Assembly: GCA_965209035.1 (NCBI GenBank) | Contig: OZ242372.1 | Span: forward strand, 1,088,001 to 1,152,000 | Direction: 5' to 3' | Length of the DNA: 64,000 nt | Source: Gammaproteobacteria bacterium | GTDB taxonomy: Bacteria > Pseudomonadota > Gammaproteobacteria > CBDBNL01 > JAAOII01 | Shown here: positions 1 through 9,716 of the stretch, piece by piece | How positions within the stretch are numbered: position 1 is the stretch's first letter | Layout: each line of letters begins with the position of its first letter | Notes under the pieces: generated by a model | What the model saw: the letters and a program-made list of their open reading frames with translations, nothing else | Database searches by the model: none | Told to the model about the DNA's origin: nothing | Program-made: the position numbers and the translations under genes

Positions 1-60
1 TAAGGATGCCGGCATTGGGACCGAAATTGATTAATAGAACTATAAAATTAGAGAACTAAA

Positions 61-291
61 ATGGAAAAATATGAAATAGAACAAATTGTAAAAACACTGT
101 TAGTGCAACATCGAAATGAGAATCGTCAAGAACGCAAGGAAGATTTAAACAAAGTCATAGACAAAATCGATAGAAGTCTAAGATCCCTGGAAAGCTCAGC
201 GGGACGCGATTTAAGTAAAATCTTACAGACATTAGAAAAAATAGAAAGGGAAATTAAAGAAGTAAGAGATCAAATTAAGTCCATAAGATAA
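61..291 (+). CDS. Small hypothetical coiled-coil protein (76 aa)
   Basis: AT-rich ORF with ATG start and heptad-like L/I spacing; no family recognised. Confidence 0.55.
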   Translation: MEKYEIEQIVKTLLVQHRNENRQERKEDLNKVIDKIDRSLRSLESSAGRDLSKILQTLEKIEREIKEVRDQIKSIR

Positions 292-692
292 ACCAACGAT
301 AGTCCTCATATAGAGCTGCTGCCGTCTTTATTCGCTATCGGTCGTTTCATTAAAAAGCATCCAACTTCTGACTCAAGAAACGGCCGCCCCCGACGACCCC
401 CAATCCAAAAATTGGGTTAATCCGATTACAGGCGAGTTTGTTTGTTTAAGGATGCCGGCATCGGAACCGACCTCATTCGGCGGCAATAATATCCTCATTC
501 GGATCCTTTCAAGTGAATGCTCTTTCACAAAGATCTGTTCTTAAGAAGCGCGTGATGTACATTACGGGATGATCAAGATAGTGCGCAATTGGAAACAGAG
601 GTGTTCATAAGCAACAATCAACCCGCTCATTTTAAGGAGTATTTAACAAAAGGGATTCACGATCTGCCCGGCCAACATCTAAAAGAACAAAA

Positions 693-1541
693 GTGAGCAA
701 TTATAACGACAAACTCATTTGCGGTGAAACCCTGGAAACGCTGCGAACCATCCCGAACGAAACGGCCGACTTAACCATCACATCACCGCCCTACAACAAA
801 CAGGAAAAAAACCACGGCGAGCTGGTCAAACGCGTAGTCTATGCGGGCTATAAAGACAAACTCCCCGAAGCGGAATACCGGGAAAAGCAAGTGGCAACAC
901 TAAACGAAATCTGGCGTCTAACCAAACCGGGTGGTTCCATGTTTTACAACCACAAAATCCGATGGGAGCGCGGCGATATGTTCCATCCAATGGACTGGCT
1001 GCGTAGCACCGACTGGCTGATAAAACAAGAAATCATCTGGGACCGCACCCTTGCCGGCAACATTCGCGGCTGGCGGTTTTGGCAGGTGGAAGAACGCATT
1101 TACTGGCTTTACAAACCCAAGGACGGCATCAAACTCGGCAAGGAACTGGCTTCCAAAGACGCCAAGTTCACTTCCGTCTGGCGGGCGGTGCCGGAAAACA
1201 ACAACCCGCACCCCGCCCCGTTCCCCATATGGCTTCCCGCCCGCATCATTCTTTCCCTCCTGATGCCCCAAGAACCCGCCCTGGTGCTGGACCCGTATAT
1301 CGGCAGCGGCACAACGGCTGTGGCGGCACACCTGCTGGGCCACCGCTATCTTGGTATTGATATCAGCCCGGAGTATCTGCAACATGCCAAAAACCGCATC
1401 GCCCGGGCGGAACAAGAAAGAGACAAGGTGCAACAGGAAGCGGAGCGACACACCGTGCAAAAGACCTTTCAACAACGCAAAAAAGACGGCTCCTATTCGC
1501 CGAGATCCACAAAAGTTCCCGACTCACGGACCCTGCTTTAA
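693..1541 (+). CDS. Site-specific DNA methyltransferase (N4-C/N6-A, beta class)
   Basis: Catalytic TSPPY near the N-terminus, HPAPFP motif, SAM-binding LDPYIGSGTT near the C-terminus (beta-class order). Confidence 0.9.
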   Translation: MSNYNDKLICGETLETLRTIPNETADLTITSPPYNKQEKNHGELVKRVVYAGYKDKLPEAEYREKQVATLNEIWRLTKPGGSMFYNHKIRWERGDMFHPMDWLRSTDWLIKQEIIWDRTLAGNIRGWRFWQVEERIYWLYKPKDGIKLGKELASKDAKFTSVWRAVPENNNPHPAPFPIWLPARIILSLLMPQEPALVLDPYIGSGTTAVAAHLLGHRYLGIDISPEYLQHAKNRIARAEQERDKVQQEAERHTVQKTFQQRKKDGSYSPRSTKVPDSRTLL

Positions 1542-1560
1542 TTTCAATCAACAATCAACA

Positions 1561-1862
1561 ACCGCATCACCTGGTTCGGGGTCCGGGGGCGGGAGCCAGC
1601 AACAAACACACGCAAACAAACCGCAACGATCGAAAGCCGAGGGAAGTCGTCGGCGACAGCGCGGATTAAACATCACCAAAAGACATAGGTTTCCGGTTCC
1701 CGGCGAGCATGAATCGGGTATCGATACTTCTGTGGTGATTGCCCCGCACCGGACATTAAAGAACAAAAGAATACCGACAGTAGTTCGGCGACAACTTGAG
1801 AGCCGGTCTGCCTGGGCGGGTTGCCCCGTTTGGGTGAGCGCAAGTAAGACGCCTCTTACCTG
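1561..1862. other. GC-rich structured intergenic element (candidate ncRNA or IS non-coding remnant)
   Basis: Several complementary segments: 1581-1590 with 1741-1754, 1672-1678 with 1733-1739, hairpin GTAAGA-CGCC-TCTTAC at 1844-1859, and CGGG-GCAA-CCCG on the minus strand. Confidence 0.3.
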
Positions 1863-1906
1863 ATAAAAGAAACCGAAAAAAGATAGTTCGGTTAAAATAT
1901 AGGGAT

Positions 1907-3712
1907 ATGCTTCATCCTGATGTCAAAACTTATCTTGAAAAATTAGACCAAGAGCAAAAGCCTCTTATGTCTTACAACGGCGAATATGATATTGCCGCAG
2001 AAATAGAAAAGATTCTCACAAAAATTCCTAATTATAAACTGACTTTTGAAGATGGAGCCGAACTAGCAGCATTTGATTTTATGGCAGATCCCTTAAGCAA
2101 TAATCATGACTGGGGAACTTATTATAGTCCGAAGTTTGTTTTTTGGGATCAACAAGGACAAGGGAAGGAATATCCAAGTATCCAAAAAGTAAAAAAAGAA
2201 ACATTAATATATTGGACAGAAAGAACAAAAGTAACTCAAAACCCTATCTTATCTTCGAGATATGCCGATCTGGTAGTTGATTTTTCTAAAAAAATTACAG
2301 AGAAAAATCCTCCTGTTGAATTGTTTCAAATAGTGATAAATTCAAATATTGAAATTTGTAAAAAATCATTGGTTAACCCCAAAAATCGCATGATAAAAAT
2401 CAAAAGAGCATTGATTTTAGCAATACAAATTAACAATCAAGAAAACATTACCCAAGTAAAAGAAGCCATAATTGATGCCGCTCAAAAATCAGTGGGAGAT
2501 GATCGACTTAAATGGTGGTCATTCGCCTTCCAATCACTTATTCTGGATTACGGCAAAAAGATTCAACTCAATGAAGCAGAAAAAACAAAACTGATTAAAG
2601 AATTAGAAGACAGATTAAAAGCGAAAATCAAATATCCGAGGTTGACGGACAACACAGTTGATATGCTTGCCAAATATTACGCCAAAATAGAAGATAAAGA
2701 TAACTTGATAAAAGTTTTGAGCATATATGAGAGATTTTGGAAAGAAACTCTCGGCACAAACTCTGACGCATTTTGGCAAATGCATGTCTACACAAAAATA
2801 CATGAAATATACCGGCACTACGCGGATAGAGGATTCGAAAAAGCCGAAGAGGCAAGCGGCAGGATTTCGCAAGAAATAAGCAATCTGGATTTGGATTGGG
2901 ATAAATCGCTTGAAAAAGTTTCTATATCAATAGAAATTAAGCAAAAATTTATTGACCACTTGTTTAAAGAATTTTTTGGAGATAAGGAGCAGCATAAATT
3001 AGAAATAATTCTTTCTAAAATAGTGAACCGTTTTTTGCCGAGAAAAGAAAAAATAAAAAAACAACTAAAAGACTTCTCGGGAAAGAACTTAATGCAATCT
3101 TTAATTCGGCAACAAATTATTTCCGAGGACGGTATGCTCATAGCAAAACTTACTCCATCCGGAAAAGATGACGACAGTTATTTCCAGCATTCTGCTTCAC
3201 AAGATATTCAATTCGGTTCTTGTTTCTTAATGCTAACAATGTCCGAATTTAAAAAACGAATTTCTAAGCAAAATATTACAGAATATTTTAGAAATTCTTA
3301 TCTTTTTGAAAACGAAAACAACAAATATTTAGAGCAAGCAATTTCAGCATATTGGGATGAGGATTCATCCCATTTATTTATGCTAATGATAGAACGCAGC
3401 ATCAGAAAACTAATCAAAAATTGTGGCGGGACCGTTATAAAACCAAATGCTCTTAACGGATATGAATTTCTTTCCCTTAATCAATTGCTAGACAAGCAAA
3501 GTGATGTTATTGAAAAAATGTTTGGGGAAGTAGACCATAATATACCTTTTTATTTCAGGCTGATCCTTACGGAAAAATTAGGAATGAATTTAAGAAACGA
3601 TTTTGCCCATGGTATCAACATAGAGAAGTTTTCCACACCCCAAGTGTCGGACCGTCTTTTTCATATCATGCTATGCTTATCCTTGGTAAGAAAAAAGAGC
3701 AAAAATAAATAG
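1907..3712 (+). CDS. DUF4209 family protein with C-terminal HEPN-like Rx4H motif
   Basis: 601 aa low-GC ORF; C-terminal GMNLRNDFAHG is the DUF4209 signature. Confidence 0.75.
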   Translation: MLHPDVKTYLEKLDQEQKPLMSYNGEYDIAAEIEKILTKIPNYKLTFEDGAELAAFDFMADPLSNNHDWGTYYSPKFVFWDQQGQGKEYPSIQKVKKETLIYWTERTKVTQNPILSSRYADLVVDFSKKITEKNPPVELFQIVINSNIEICKKSLVNPKNRMIKIKRALILAIQINNQENITQVKEAIIDAAQKSVGDDRLKWWSFAFQSLILDYGKKIQLNEAEKTKLIKELEDRLKAKIKYPRLTDNTVDMLAKYYAKIEDKDNLIKVLSIYERFWKETLGTNSDAFWQMHVYTKIHEIYRHYADRGFEKAEEASGRISQEISNLDLDWDKSLEKVSISIEIKQKFIDHLFKEFFGDKEQHKLEIILSKIVNRFLPRKEKIKKQLKDFSGKNLMQSLIRQQIISEDGMLIAKLTPSGKDDDSYFQHSASQDIQFGSCFLMLTMSEFKKRISKQNITEYFRNSYLFENENNKYLEQAISAYWDEDSSHLFMLMIERSIRKLIKNCGGTVIKPNALNGYEFLSLNQLLDKQSDVIEKMFGEVDHNIPFYFRLILTEKLGMNLRNDFAHGINIEKFSTPQVSDRLFHIMLCLSLVRKKSKNK

Positions 3713-3749
3713 AAGCATCTCAACCGATCATTAAGATCGGCTGCATCAT

Positions 3750-3972
3750 CTCAGAAAGGTTTTGGACTCGGAGTTTGAGATTATTCGCCCCAACACCCGG
3801 GAAACTAAAGTTCTAACCGGAGTTATCCAAAGTATTCATGCATTCAACACCAAGATCATTGACCGCCCCCGGGGGATAATTTCAAACTTCCTTGTTACTC
3901 GTTATATGCAGCACAAACAACTCTCGCCGGTTGAGTTCGGACAAAAACATAAAGAGTCCAAAACCGGGTGGG
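3750..3972 (+). mobile_element. Degenerate dispersed repeat, possible IS3-family 3' end remnant
   Basis: Similar to 24949-25050 (GAAAGxTTTTGGACTC ... CAACTxTCxCCGGTT ... AAACCGGGT); translates LSPVEF, like IS3 integrase C-termini. Confidence 0.3.
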
Positions 3973-3973
3973 A

Positions 3974-5149
3974 TTATAAACAAACCTTTTCAAATAACAA
4001 CTGATCATTAACTACGCTAAATTCCACAAAGCATAAAGGAACTATGTTTTTATTCTGCTCATTGAACTCTTTTATACTGCTTAATAAATCTTGATAGGCG
4101 TCACTGTTTTTATCGCTTATTTTCTTTGAAAGCAAAACGGGACGGACATCACTCGGATGATTCGGAATGTAATACTGCTCAGTCCAATCAATATATCTTT
4201 GCATTTGCCAAACATTATCCGGAACCGCCTCAGCGGATTTAAGTTCTATAATCATCAATGTTCTCTCGTTGCTGTCATTGCCATCATTAACAGAACACAT
4301 CAAATCAATCCGTTGCATCCCAACTCCGCAAGAAACTTCATTCCCCAACCACTCTAACTTTTTGTTATTCAATAAAGCGGTATCCAAACTATCATTGGTG
4401 TTCCTGCCAAGATTTTGGGCGATATATGCTTGTAAGTGCGTTTCCAACTTGTGACCCGCATCATATTTTCCTATAAAACGCGGCAAGATGTTTATTTTTT
4501 CTTGAACTCCTTTATAAGAACGGGGTGCTTGAGATTGACAAACAATTTTTCCGCCATGGCTTTCGTCAAAGGTAAGCCGTTTACCTTGACAACTTAATTC
4601 GGCACGAGAATTTTTATCTCTGATCATTTGAATAAGACACTCGGACTCATAAATTGTAATCATTGTATTGCCTCTGTTACCTTTTAATTTGCGATAGATG
4701 AGGCTCCAAAGCATTTGATATGGCGGACCTATTTTTTTAATTTCATCCAATCCTTCCCATTCGGTAATGCCCTCGGGATATACTCGATGCGGTTCAATCA
4801 GTGTTCTAAAAGTCAAAGATTTACCCAACTCTTTTTTAAGATACTGATGTTCATTATGATTGTCCAAGAAGCAGTTATCATGTTTTGCCTTAAACACTCC
4901 AAAAAACTTGTCTTCTTCAATTTGTTTTCTTTGATCTTGTTGCAAGTAAAAAATAATGTAATCTCCTCTTCTGATGCGACCCCCATCCGCTATCATACCA
5001 ACCTGGTTTCTCTCAATGGTATGACTGCGATCGCCATTTCCCGTGTTATTAAAATTCACCTTATGATCCTTGGCACCTGTTCCGGCAAACAGATATTCCA
5101 AATGATACTTAAATGTTTGCACATCCACAACAAAAACATGCGTAGTCAT
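3974..5149 (-). CDS. EVE/PUA-like domain fused to NucS/DUF91-type PD-(D/E)xK endonuclease
   Basis: N-terminal IRRGDYIIFY...FFGVF; C-terminal NEV...RIDL...IELK...QMQRY nuclease motifs. Confidence 0.7.
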   Translation of the reverse strand: MTTHVFVVDVQTFKYHLEYLFAGTGAKDHKVNFNNTGNGDRSHTIERNQVGMIADGGRIRRGDYIIFYLQQDQRKQIEEDKFFGVFKAKHDNCFLDNHNEHQYLKKELGKSLTFRTLIEPHRVYPEGITEWEGLDEIKKIGPPYQMLWSLIYRKLKGNRGNTMITIYESECLIQMIRDKNSRAELSCQGKRLTFDESHGGKIVCQSQAPRSYKGVQEKINILPRFIGKYDAGHKLETHLQAYIAQNLGRNTNDSLDTALLNNKKLEWLGNEVSCGVGMQRIDLMCSVNDGNDSNERTLMIIELKSAEAVPDNVWQMQRYIDWTEQYYIPNHPSDVRPVLLSKKISDKNSDAYQDLLSSIKEFNEQNKNIVPLCFVEFSVVNDQLLFEKVCL

Positions 5150-5168
5150 TTACCAAGCCTTATCTTAC

Positions 5169-6377
5169 TTAATAAGGGTCTTGTATTGGAGAAGATTCCT
5201 CCGCTTCTTTTAATCCCAAGGCGTAGGCTCTGTTATGAATCGTATCTTTATGATCCGGGTTTATTTTCAACACCCGATCATAGTCCTCTACCGCAGCGTC
5301 AAATTGTTTTAATTCAAGTTTGACAGTGGCTCTATTAAAAAAGATGTCCGTGTTTTGCGGATCAAGCTCAATCACACGGTCATAATCGGCAAGAGCCTCT
5401 TCATACTGCTCCAACCCGAACCTGGCATTTCCCCGATTGAAGTATGCGCCGGCATATTCCGGATCCATTTCAATAACACGATCATAATCGGCAATAGATT
5501 CTTCATACTGCTCCAACCCGAACCTGACATTTCCCCGATTGAAGTATGCGCCGGCATATTCCGGATCAATTTCAATAACACGGTCATAATCGGCAATAGA
5601 TTCTTCAAATTGTTCCAATCCAAGATTGGCATTTCCCCGATTGAAGTATGCGTCGGCATCTTCCGGCTCAATTGCAATGGCACGGTCAAAATCGGCAATA
5701 GCCGCCGCATACTGCTCCAATTCAAACTTGGCATTTCCCCGATAGAAGTACGAGCGGGCATTTTCCGGATCAATTTCTATGGCACGACTATGATCGACAA
5801 CCGTCTGTTCGTATTGTTTTAACTGGGCATAGGCATTTCCTCGGTTGCCATATGCCTCGGCATATTTCGGATTAATTGCAATGGCACAGTCAAAATCGGC
5901 AAGAGCCTCTTCAAACCGATTTAATTTTCTTTTGATATTCGCCCGTTCGTGATATGCCACGGCATATTTCGGATTAATTGCAATGACACGATCGTAATCG
6001 GCAAGAGATAGTTCATACTGCTTTAAATTGCTTCGGGCAACTCCTCTGTGAAAGTATGCTTCCGCAAACTGCGGATTAATTTCTATGGCACGGGTATAAT
6101 CAGCAATAGCCGGTTCATACCGCCCCAAGTCATACTTGGCAATTCCCCGATTGTTGTATGCCTCGGCATGCTCCGGATTAATTTCAATAACACGGTCATA
6201 ATCGGCAATAGATTCTTCAAATTGTCCTAACCTGAACTTGGCTTGTCCCCGATTGTAGTATGCGCCGGCATTTTCGGGGTCAATCCCGATGACCCGGTCA
6301 TACTCTTTTATCGCACCCGGATAGTCCTCTTGTTGCAAAAGGGCGTTACCTTTTTTCAAATGTTCTTCTATGGTCAT
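5169..6377 (-). CDS. TPR repeat protein 1
   Basis: 34-aa periodic AYxNRGxA...AIADYDRAIxIxP repeats over nearly the whole length. Confidence 0.95.
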   Translation of the reverse strand: MTIEEHLKKGNALLQQEDYPGAIKEYDRVIGIDPENAGAYYNRGQAKFRLGQFEESIADYDRVIEINPEHAEAYNNRGIAKYDLGRYEPAIADYTRAIEINPQFAEAYFHRGVARSNLKQYELSLADYDRVIAINPKYAVAYHERANIKRKLNRFEEALADFDCAIAINPKYAEAYGNRGNAYAQLKQYEQTVVDHSRAIEIDPENARSYFYRGNAKFELEQYAAAIADFDRAIAIEPEDADAYFNRGNANLGLEQFEESIADYDRVIEIDPEYAGAYFNRGNVRFGLEQYEESIADYDRVIEMDPEYAGAYFNRGNARFGLEQYEEALADYDRVIELDPQNTDIFFNRATVKLELKQFDAAVEDYDRVLKINPDHKDTIHNRAYALGLKEAEESSPIQDPY

Positions 6378-6485
6378 GATCTGTGTTGTTGGCAGAACCT
6401 TTCGGTTGGTAATATTAATAGTGAATAACGAGTTTGGTTAATCTCTGCTTTCTATTGTTTGAATTTCTTCGCAAGACATGGTTGT

Positions 6486-6513
6486 ATTATACTTTTAAGG
6501 AAAGGCAAGGCAA
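6486..6513 (-). promoter_or_regulatory. Sigma70-type promoter of TPR gene 1; equivalent -10 boxes at 8072, 9644, 10920, 14839 and 16786
   Basis: Minus strand TTGCCT-16 nt-TATAAT; the TATAAT and flanking leader are conserved upstream of all six TPR genes. Confidence 0.65.
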
Positions 6514-6758
6514 AACAAAATAAAGCACAGCCGGCAGATACAGGCTCGCAAAGAATCTCTCACCTCGCCCCCCGGTCCCCGGTCCCTTAAGATTTCAAAG
6601 TATCGCATAAGCTGGGAGTTGGGAGTTATTAAAAGCCCGGCTGTGCGTTCGCCGGTGTTTATGTTCGCCGAGGGGCAAACGCAAAAATAGATAGCATCGC
6701 AATGATAAAAAACACCAAAGTCAGCACGCCCTCAATTTGCCGCCCCAAAGAGCGGCAA

Positions 6759-7964
6759 TTATTTTTTTACTTTTTTCCGTTTTTTATGAGGAGTTTTTAA
6801 TGTCAAGGCATAGGCTCTGTTATGAATCGCTTCTTGATCATCCGGGTCTATTTTCAACACCTTATCATAATCGGCAACCGCAGCGTCATACCGGTTTAAT
6901 TTAAGTTTGACAGTTCCTCTGTTGAAAAAGGCTTCCGCATTTTGCGGTTCCAATTCAATGACACGGTCATAATTGGCAATCGCCTGTTCGTATTGTTTTA
7001 ACCAGGCATGGGCTTTTCCTCGGTTGTTGTATGCTATGGCATATTGCGGTTCAAGTTCAACGGCGCGCTCATAATCGGCAATAGCCGCCGCATACTGCTC
7101 CAATTCAAACTTGGCATTTCCCCGATAGAAGTACGAGCGGGCATTTCCCGGATCAATTTCTATGGCACGACTATGATCGACAACCGTCTGTTCGTATTGT
7201 TTTAACTGGGCATAGGCATTTCCTCGATTGCCATATGCCTCGGCATATTTCGGATTAATTGCAATGGCACAGTCAAAATCGGCAAGAGCATCTTCAAACC
7301 GATTTAATTTTCTTTTGATATTCGCCCGTTCGTGATATGCCACGGCATATTTCGGATTAATTGCAATGACACGATCGTAATCGGCAAGAGATAGTTCATA
7401 CTGCTTTAAATTGCTTCGGGCAACTCCTCTGTGAAAGTATGCTTCCGCAAACTGCGGATTAATTTCTATGGCACGGGTATAATCGGCAATCGCCGGTTCA
7501 TACCGCCCCAAGTCAAACTTGGCAATTCCCCGATTGTTGTATGCCTCGGCATGCTCCGGATTAATTTCAATCGCACGCTCATAATCGGCAATCGCCTTCT
7601 TATGTTGTTTTAATCTAAACCGGACATTTCCCCGACAGAAGTATGCTTCGGCATGCTCCGGATTAATTTCAAGGGCACGGCTGTAATCGGCGACAGATTG
7701 TTCGTATTGTTTTAACCGGGAGTGGGCGCCCCCCCTATCGTGATATGCATCCGCATCCGTCGGATCAAGTGCAATGGCACGGGTATAATCGGCAATAGCC
7801 CCTTCATACTGCTCCAACCCGAACTTGGCAATTCCCCGATGTAAGTACGCAACGGTATTTTGAGAGTCAAGCCGGATCGCCCGGTCATACTCTTTTATCG
7901 CACCCCGATAGTCCTCTTGTTGCAAAAGGGCGTTACCTTTTTTCAAATGTTCTTCTATGGTCAT
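6759..7964 (-). CDS. TPR repeat protein 2 with basic C-terminus
   Basis: TPR periodicity; same MTIEEHLKKGNALLQQ start as protein 1; ends PHKKRKKVKK. Confidence 0.95.
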   Translation of the reverse strand: MTIEEHLKKGNALLQQEDYRGAIKEYDRAIRLDSQNTVAYLHRGIAKFGLEQYEGAIADYTRAIALDPTDADAYHDRGGAHSRLKQYEQSVADYSRALEINPEHAEAYFCRGNVRFRLKQHKKAIADYERAIEINPEHAEAYNNRGIAKFDLGRYEPAIADYTRAIEINPQFAEAYFHRGVARSNLKQYELSLADYDRVIAINPKYAVAYHERANIKRKLNRFEDALADFDCAIAINPKYAEAYGNRGNAYAQLKQYEQTVVDHSRAIEIDPGNARSYFYRGNAKFELEQYAAAIADYERAVELEPQYAIAYNNRGKAHAWLKQYEQAIANYDRVIELEPQNAEAFFNRGTVKLKLNRYDAAVADYDKVLKIDPDDQEAIHNRAYALTLKTPHKKRKKVKK

Positions 7965-8378
7965 GATCTGTGTTATTGATGAAACCTTTCGGTTGGTAAT
8001 ATTAATAGTGAATAACGAGTTTGGTTAATCCCTTCCGCTCTTGTTTGAATTTCTTTGCAAGACATGTTTGTATTATACTTTTAAGACAAGGCAAGGCAAG
8101 GCAAGGCAAAATAAAACAAAACCGAACAAAAGAAAAACCAAACAAAGCACAGCCGACAGATACAGGCTCGCAAAGAATCTCTCACCTCGCCCCCCGTCCC
8201 CGGTCCCTTAAGATTTCAAAGTATCGCATAAGTTGGAAGTTGGGAGTTATTAAAAGACCGGCTGTGTGTTCGCAGGTGTTTATGTCGCCGAGAGGCAAAC
8301 GCAAAAATAGATAGCATCGCAATGATAAAAAACACCAAAGTCAGCACGCCCCCAATTTGCCACCTCAAAGAGCGGCAA

Positions 8379-9584
8379 TTATCTTTTTACTTTTTTCCGT
8401 TTTTTATCAAGGGGTTTTAATGTCAATGCCAAGTCTCGGAGATCAATCGCTTCCTTATGATCCGGGTTTATTTCCAACACCTTATCATAATCCTCAATCG
8501 CAGCGTCATACTGATTTAATTTAAGTTTGATCGTTCCTCTATTGAAAAAGGCTTTCGCATTTTGCGGTTCAAATTCTATAACACGGTCATAATCGGCAAG
8601 AGCCTCCTTATGCTGTTCTAATCTAAGCCGGGCATTTCCCCGATAGAAGTACGTTCGGGCATCTGCCGGATCAATTTCTATGGCACGGCTATAATCGGCA
8701 ACAGTCTGTTCGAATTGTTCTAACTGGGCATAGGCATTTCCCCGATTGCCATATGCCGCGGCACATTTCGGATCCATTTCAATGGCACAGTCAAAATCGG
8801 CAATCGCCTCTTCAAACTGCTCTAATTTTCTCTTGTCATTTGCCCGCTCGTGATATGCCGCGGCATATTTGGGATTAATTTCAATGGCACGACCGTGATC
8901 GGCAATAGATAGTTCATACTGCTCTAAATTGCTGCGGGCAGCTCCTCTGTAAAAGTATGCTTCCGCAAACTGCGGATTAATTTCTATGGCACGGGTATAA
9001 TCAGCGATAGCAGATTCATACCGCCCCAAGTCATACTTGGTAATTCCCCGCTTGCAGTGTGTCATGGCATCTGCCGGATCCAATTCAATGGCACGGTCAA
9101 AATCAGCAATAGCCTCTTCATACTGCTCTAATTTTCTTTTGACAATTGCCCGGTCGTGATATGCCGCGGCATATTTTGGATTAATTTCTATGGCACGATC
9201 AAAATCGGCAAGAGCCAGTTCATGCTGATTTAAATTGCTTCGGGCAATTCCTCTGCTGAAGTATGCTTCCTGAACTTGCGGGTTAATTTCTATGCCACGG
9301 GTATAATCAGCGATGGCCTTTTCATACTGTTGTAATCGCATCTCAACAAATGCCCGATTGTTATATGCTCTCGCATTTCTCGGGTCTATTTGAATGACAC
9401 GACCAAAATCGGCAATAGATTGCTCGCATTGTCCCACTTCAAGATTGGCAATTCCCCGGTTAAAGTACGCATCAATATTTTTAGGGCGAAGCAGGATCTC
9501 CTGATCATATTCTTTGATCGCACCCTGATAGTCCTTCTGTTGCAGCAGGGCGTTGCCTCTTTTCAAATAGCCTGTTCCGAACAT
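8379..9584 (-). CDS. TPR repeat protein 3 with basic C-terminus
   Basis: TPR periodicity; ends LDKKRKKVKR. Confidence 0.95.
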   Translation of the reverse strand: MFGTGYLKRGNALLQQKDYQGAIKEYDQEILLRPKNIDAYFNRGIANLEVGQCEQSIADFGRVIQIDPRNARAYNNRAFVEMRLQQYEKAIADYTRGIEINPQVQEAYFSRGIARSNLNQHELALADFDRAIEINPKYAAAYHDRAIVKRKLEQYEEAIADFDRAIELDPADAMTHCKRGITKYDLGRYESAIADYTRAIEINPQFAEAYFYRGAARSNLEQYELSIADHGRAIEINPKYAAAYHERANDKRKLEQFEEAIADFDCAIEMDPKCAAAYGNRGNAYAQLEQFEQTVADYSRAIEIDPADARTYFYRGNARLRLEQHKEALADYDRVIEFEPQNAKAFFNRGTIKLKLNQYDAAIEDYDKVLEINPDHKEAIDLRDLALTLKPLDKKRKKVKR

Positions 9585-9716
9585 GATCTGTGTTGTCGTC
9601 GTCTTAGTGGTAAATTTTGAGTTTCTTTGCCCGGCATGTTTGCATTATACTTTTAAGCAAAACAAAATAAAGCAGTTGTTGGTAAAGTTTTGTGTCCGGT
9701 CATATTACAAGATTTT

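Larger units (their letters stand above)
6360..8400. repeat. Duplicated TPR intergenic cassette (6360-6790 vs 7945-8410)
   Basis: Near-identical ~400-bp spacers spanning one gene end, the promoter and the next gene start. Confidence 0.85.
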
